Source: an uncultured delta proteobacterium (lineage in GTDB: Bacteria; Myxococcota_A; Polyangia; Polyangiales; Polyangiaceae). Taken from it: 64,000 bases of DNA. Below, piece by piece: positions 62,007 to 64,000 of this stretch; positions within the stretch are counted from its first letter, which is position 1, and each line of letters begins with the position of its first letter. The position numbers were made by a program, and so were the translations under genes. Location: positions 704,001 through 768,000 of the forward strand of contig CAWDXG010000004.1 in the NCBI GenBank assembly GCA_963806225.1, read 5' to 3'. A model generated the notes under the pieces. It had not been told where the DNA came from, searched no databases, and saw only the letters and a list, made by a program, of their open reading frames with translations.

Positions 62007-64000
62007 GTGAGCTCGACCGGGCCCCCCGCCCCGCCCGCGAGCGGCGGCCCCAGGAGGCTCGCCACGCTCGCCTACGAACGCCTCGTCCGCGCGATCTGCG
62101 AGCATCGGCTATTCGCGACGGTCGTCGTGCTCGTGCTGCTCGCCCCCTCGCTGGTGCTGTCCACACGCTACTTCATGGACATCCACGCCGGGATGGAGGA
62201 GCTGCTTCCGGGGAACGCCCCGAGCGTGCGCGCCCTGGACCACATCCACAAGCGGGTCGGGGGAGTGGCCCGACTGAATGTGATCGCCCACGGGCCGAAG
62301 CGCGCCGACAACGAGCGCTTCATCCGCGAGCTCGCCCGCCGTCTCCGCGCCAGGAAGGTCCCCCAGGCCCGCTGGATCCAGGCCACGATCGACACGGAGC
62401 GCAGCTGGGCGGACCAGCATGCGCCGCTTCTGCTGCCAGCGTCCGACTTCGATTCGTTGATGCACGACGTCGACCACGCGGCGGAAGTCACGCGTCGCGA
62501 CGCCAACCCGTTCTACGTCGATCTCGAGACTTCCCCGAAGGAGCAGTGGCAGCACGTCGAAAAGCGCATCGAGGCGATGACCCAGGGGAAGGACCGCTTC
62601 CCGAGAGGATACTTCGAGTCGAAGGACGGCCACGTCGTCGTGCTGATGATGGCCTTGCGGGGCTCCGAGGTCGATATCGGACCCTCCGAGGCGCTGATGA
62701 AGGCGGTCAAGGCCGAGGTCGCTGGACTGCGCCCGGGATTCCCTGCATCGGTGGAGGTCGCCTACAACGGCGAGGTCGTCAACCTGCTCGAGGAACACTC
62801 CGCGATCCAGAGCGACCTCTCGCTGTCGTCGATCCTCGTCGTGCTGCTGGTCGGCGGGCTCATCGTCGCGTACTTCCGCACGGTCCGTGCCATAGCAGCC
62901 GTGGTTCTGGGGCTCGTGCCAGGGCTACTGTTGACCTTCGGCCTGGGACGGCTGTCCGGGAGTTTCCTCAACTCCAATTCCGCCTTCCTCGGTGCCATCA
63001 TCGCGGGCAATGGCATCAACTACCCGTTGATGTTCCTCGCGTACTACCGCGCCCAGCCATCCGGCGGTTCGCAGCGGGAAGCCATCGTGGCCGCAGCGAA
63101 GGCCGCCCTCCCCGGCACGCTGGCCGCGTCGGCGACTGCCTCCGCCGCCTACTTCGGCCTGGCCACCGCGACTTTTCGCGGCTTCTCGCAGTTCGGTTGG
63201 CTCGGCGGCGTCGGCATGGTGACGACCTGGGCCATTGCCTTCCTGCTCATGCCGTTGACGATCGCGTGGCTCGATCCGCCGCGGCAGGGCGAGCAACTCA
63301 GCGGCTTCCAGGAGCGGCTGACGCGTTTCTTCGGACGCCCCTGGTCGCCGCGCCTCGTAGCGCTGCTCGTGGTGGTGGCGTCTCTGGCGGTCGGCGGCAT
63401 CGGCCTCAGGCGGGCGATCGCCCACGGCCCCTACGACGAGAACCTCCTGCACCTGCGCAACACCCAGTCGCTCCGCTCGGGCGGTGCTTCCTGGGACGCG
63501 GAGATGTCGAAGATCTTCGGCGTCTGGATGAACCCAATCGTGGTGCTGGTCAAGGATGGCGAGGACCGCGAGCCTGCCGCCGCCGCCCTCCGCCGGCGCA
63601 TGGTCGACGGCCCCCGGCACATGGCCGAGCGCGTCGAGACGATCGCCCAGTACGTCCACCCGGAAGCCCAGCAGCGCGCCCGCATCCAGCGGCTTTCGCG
63701 GCTACGCTCGCAGATTTCGAAGTTCCCGAAAGACAGCATGCCCGCCAAGGTGAAAGAGCGGGTGGACAGCTGGCTTTCGCCCCGGAACCTGCACGTCCTG
63801 ACGCCGGAAGACGTCCCGAATTCACTGACGCGCGCCTTTCAGGAAACCAACGGCCGCACCGACAGGGTCGTCCTGCTCTTCCCCTCCCTGGGCATCAACT
63901 ACAACAACGCCCGCAATGTGATCCGCTTCTCGGACGAGCTGTCGTCGGTGAAGCTGCCGAAAGGGAGCGTGGCAGGTGGCGCCTTCCTCTTCATGGCGGA
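62007..64000 (+). CDS. MMPL/RND family transporter, partial (runs off the window; absent from the ORF track)
   Basis: Hand-translated from GTG 62007: TM1 then MEELLPGNAPSV; TM bundle with NSNSAFLGAIIAGNGINYP and FRGFSQFGWLGG; frame spot-checked as open near 63000, 63540 and 63900. Confidence 0.8.
   Translation, partial: MSSTGPPAPPASGGPRRLATLAYERLVRAICEHRLFATVVVLVLLAPSLVLSTRYFMDIHAGMEELLPGNAPSVRALDHIHKRVGGVARLNVIAHGPKRADNERFIRELARRLRARKVPQARWIQATIDTERSWADQHAPLLLPASDFDSLMHDVDHAAEVTRRDANPFYVDLETSPKEQWQHVEKRIEAMTQGKDRFPRGYFESKDGHVVVLMMALRGSEVDIGPSEALMKAVKAEVAGLRPGFPASVEVAYNGEVVNLLEEHSAIQSDLSLSSILVVLLVGGLIVAYFRTVRAIAAVVLGLVPGLLLTFGLGRLSGSFLNSNSAFLGAIIAGNGINYPLMFLAYYRAQPSGGSQREAIVAAAKAALPGTLAASATASAAYFGLATATFRGFSQFGWLGGVGMVTTWAIAFLLMPLTIAWLDPPRQGEQLSGFQERLTRFFGRPWSPRLVALLVVVASLAVGGIGLRRAIAHGPYDENLLHLRNTQSLRSGGASWDAEMSKIFGVWMNPIVVLVKDGEDREPAAAALRRRMVDGPRHMAERVETIAQYVHPEAQQRARIQRLSRLRSQISKFPKDSMPAKVKERVDSWLSPRNLHVLTPEDVPNSLTRAFQETNGRTDRVVLLFPSLGINYNNARNVIRFSDELSSVKLPKGSVAGGAFLFMA

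Overview
High-GC chromosomal segment, most likely from a myxobacterium (Myxococcota, probably Polyangia). This is inferred from an MglA-like GTPase, three Hanks-type Ser/Thr kinases, a TPR/PEGA protein and many Gly/Cys-rich lipoproteins. About 51 protein-coding genes can be supported. I found no rRNA, tRNA, CRISPR array, integrase or transposase. Main blocks: (1) an operon with a fused Mo-hydroxylase of the selenium-dependent xanthine dehydrogenase type, an SsnA-like amidohydrolase and two PLP enzymes (888-7664); (2) a probable lipoprotein redox module of a parallel beta-helix protein, an atypical di-heme peroxidase-family protein and an SO2930-type di-heme cytochrome, with a perfect 18-bp inverted repeat inside it (13026-16546); (3) a kinase-TPR/PEGA-lipoprotein operon; (4) a YhaO/YhaN (SbcD/SbcC-like) pair; (5) msrA, an orphan MglA-like GTPase and an LRR protein; (6) an Aur1-like PAP2 gene, frmA and a benzoate-CoA ligase; (7) an arsR-acr3-arsC-arsM operon, an Ogt-AlkA fusion, oxyR, a GH36-like glycosidase and a partial MMPL transporter that the ORF track missed. 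Three genes carry +1 frameshifts in the same AGAA context, probably assembly errors. The best candidates for an undescribed system are the beta-helix/atypical di-heme module and the xdh-ssnA-2xPLP operon. All family calls come from motif recognition by eye, not database searches.
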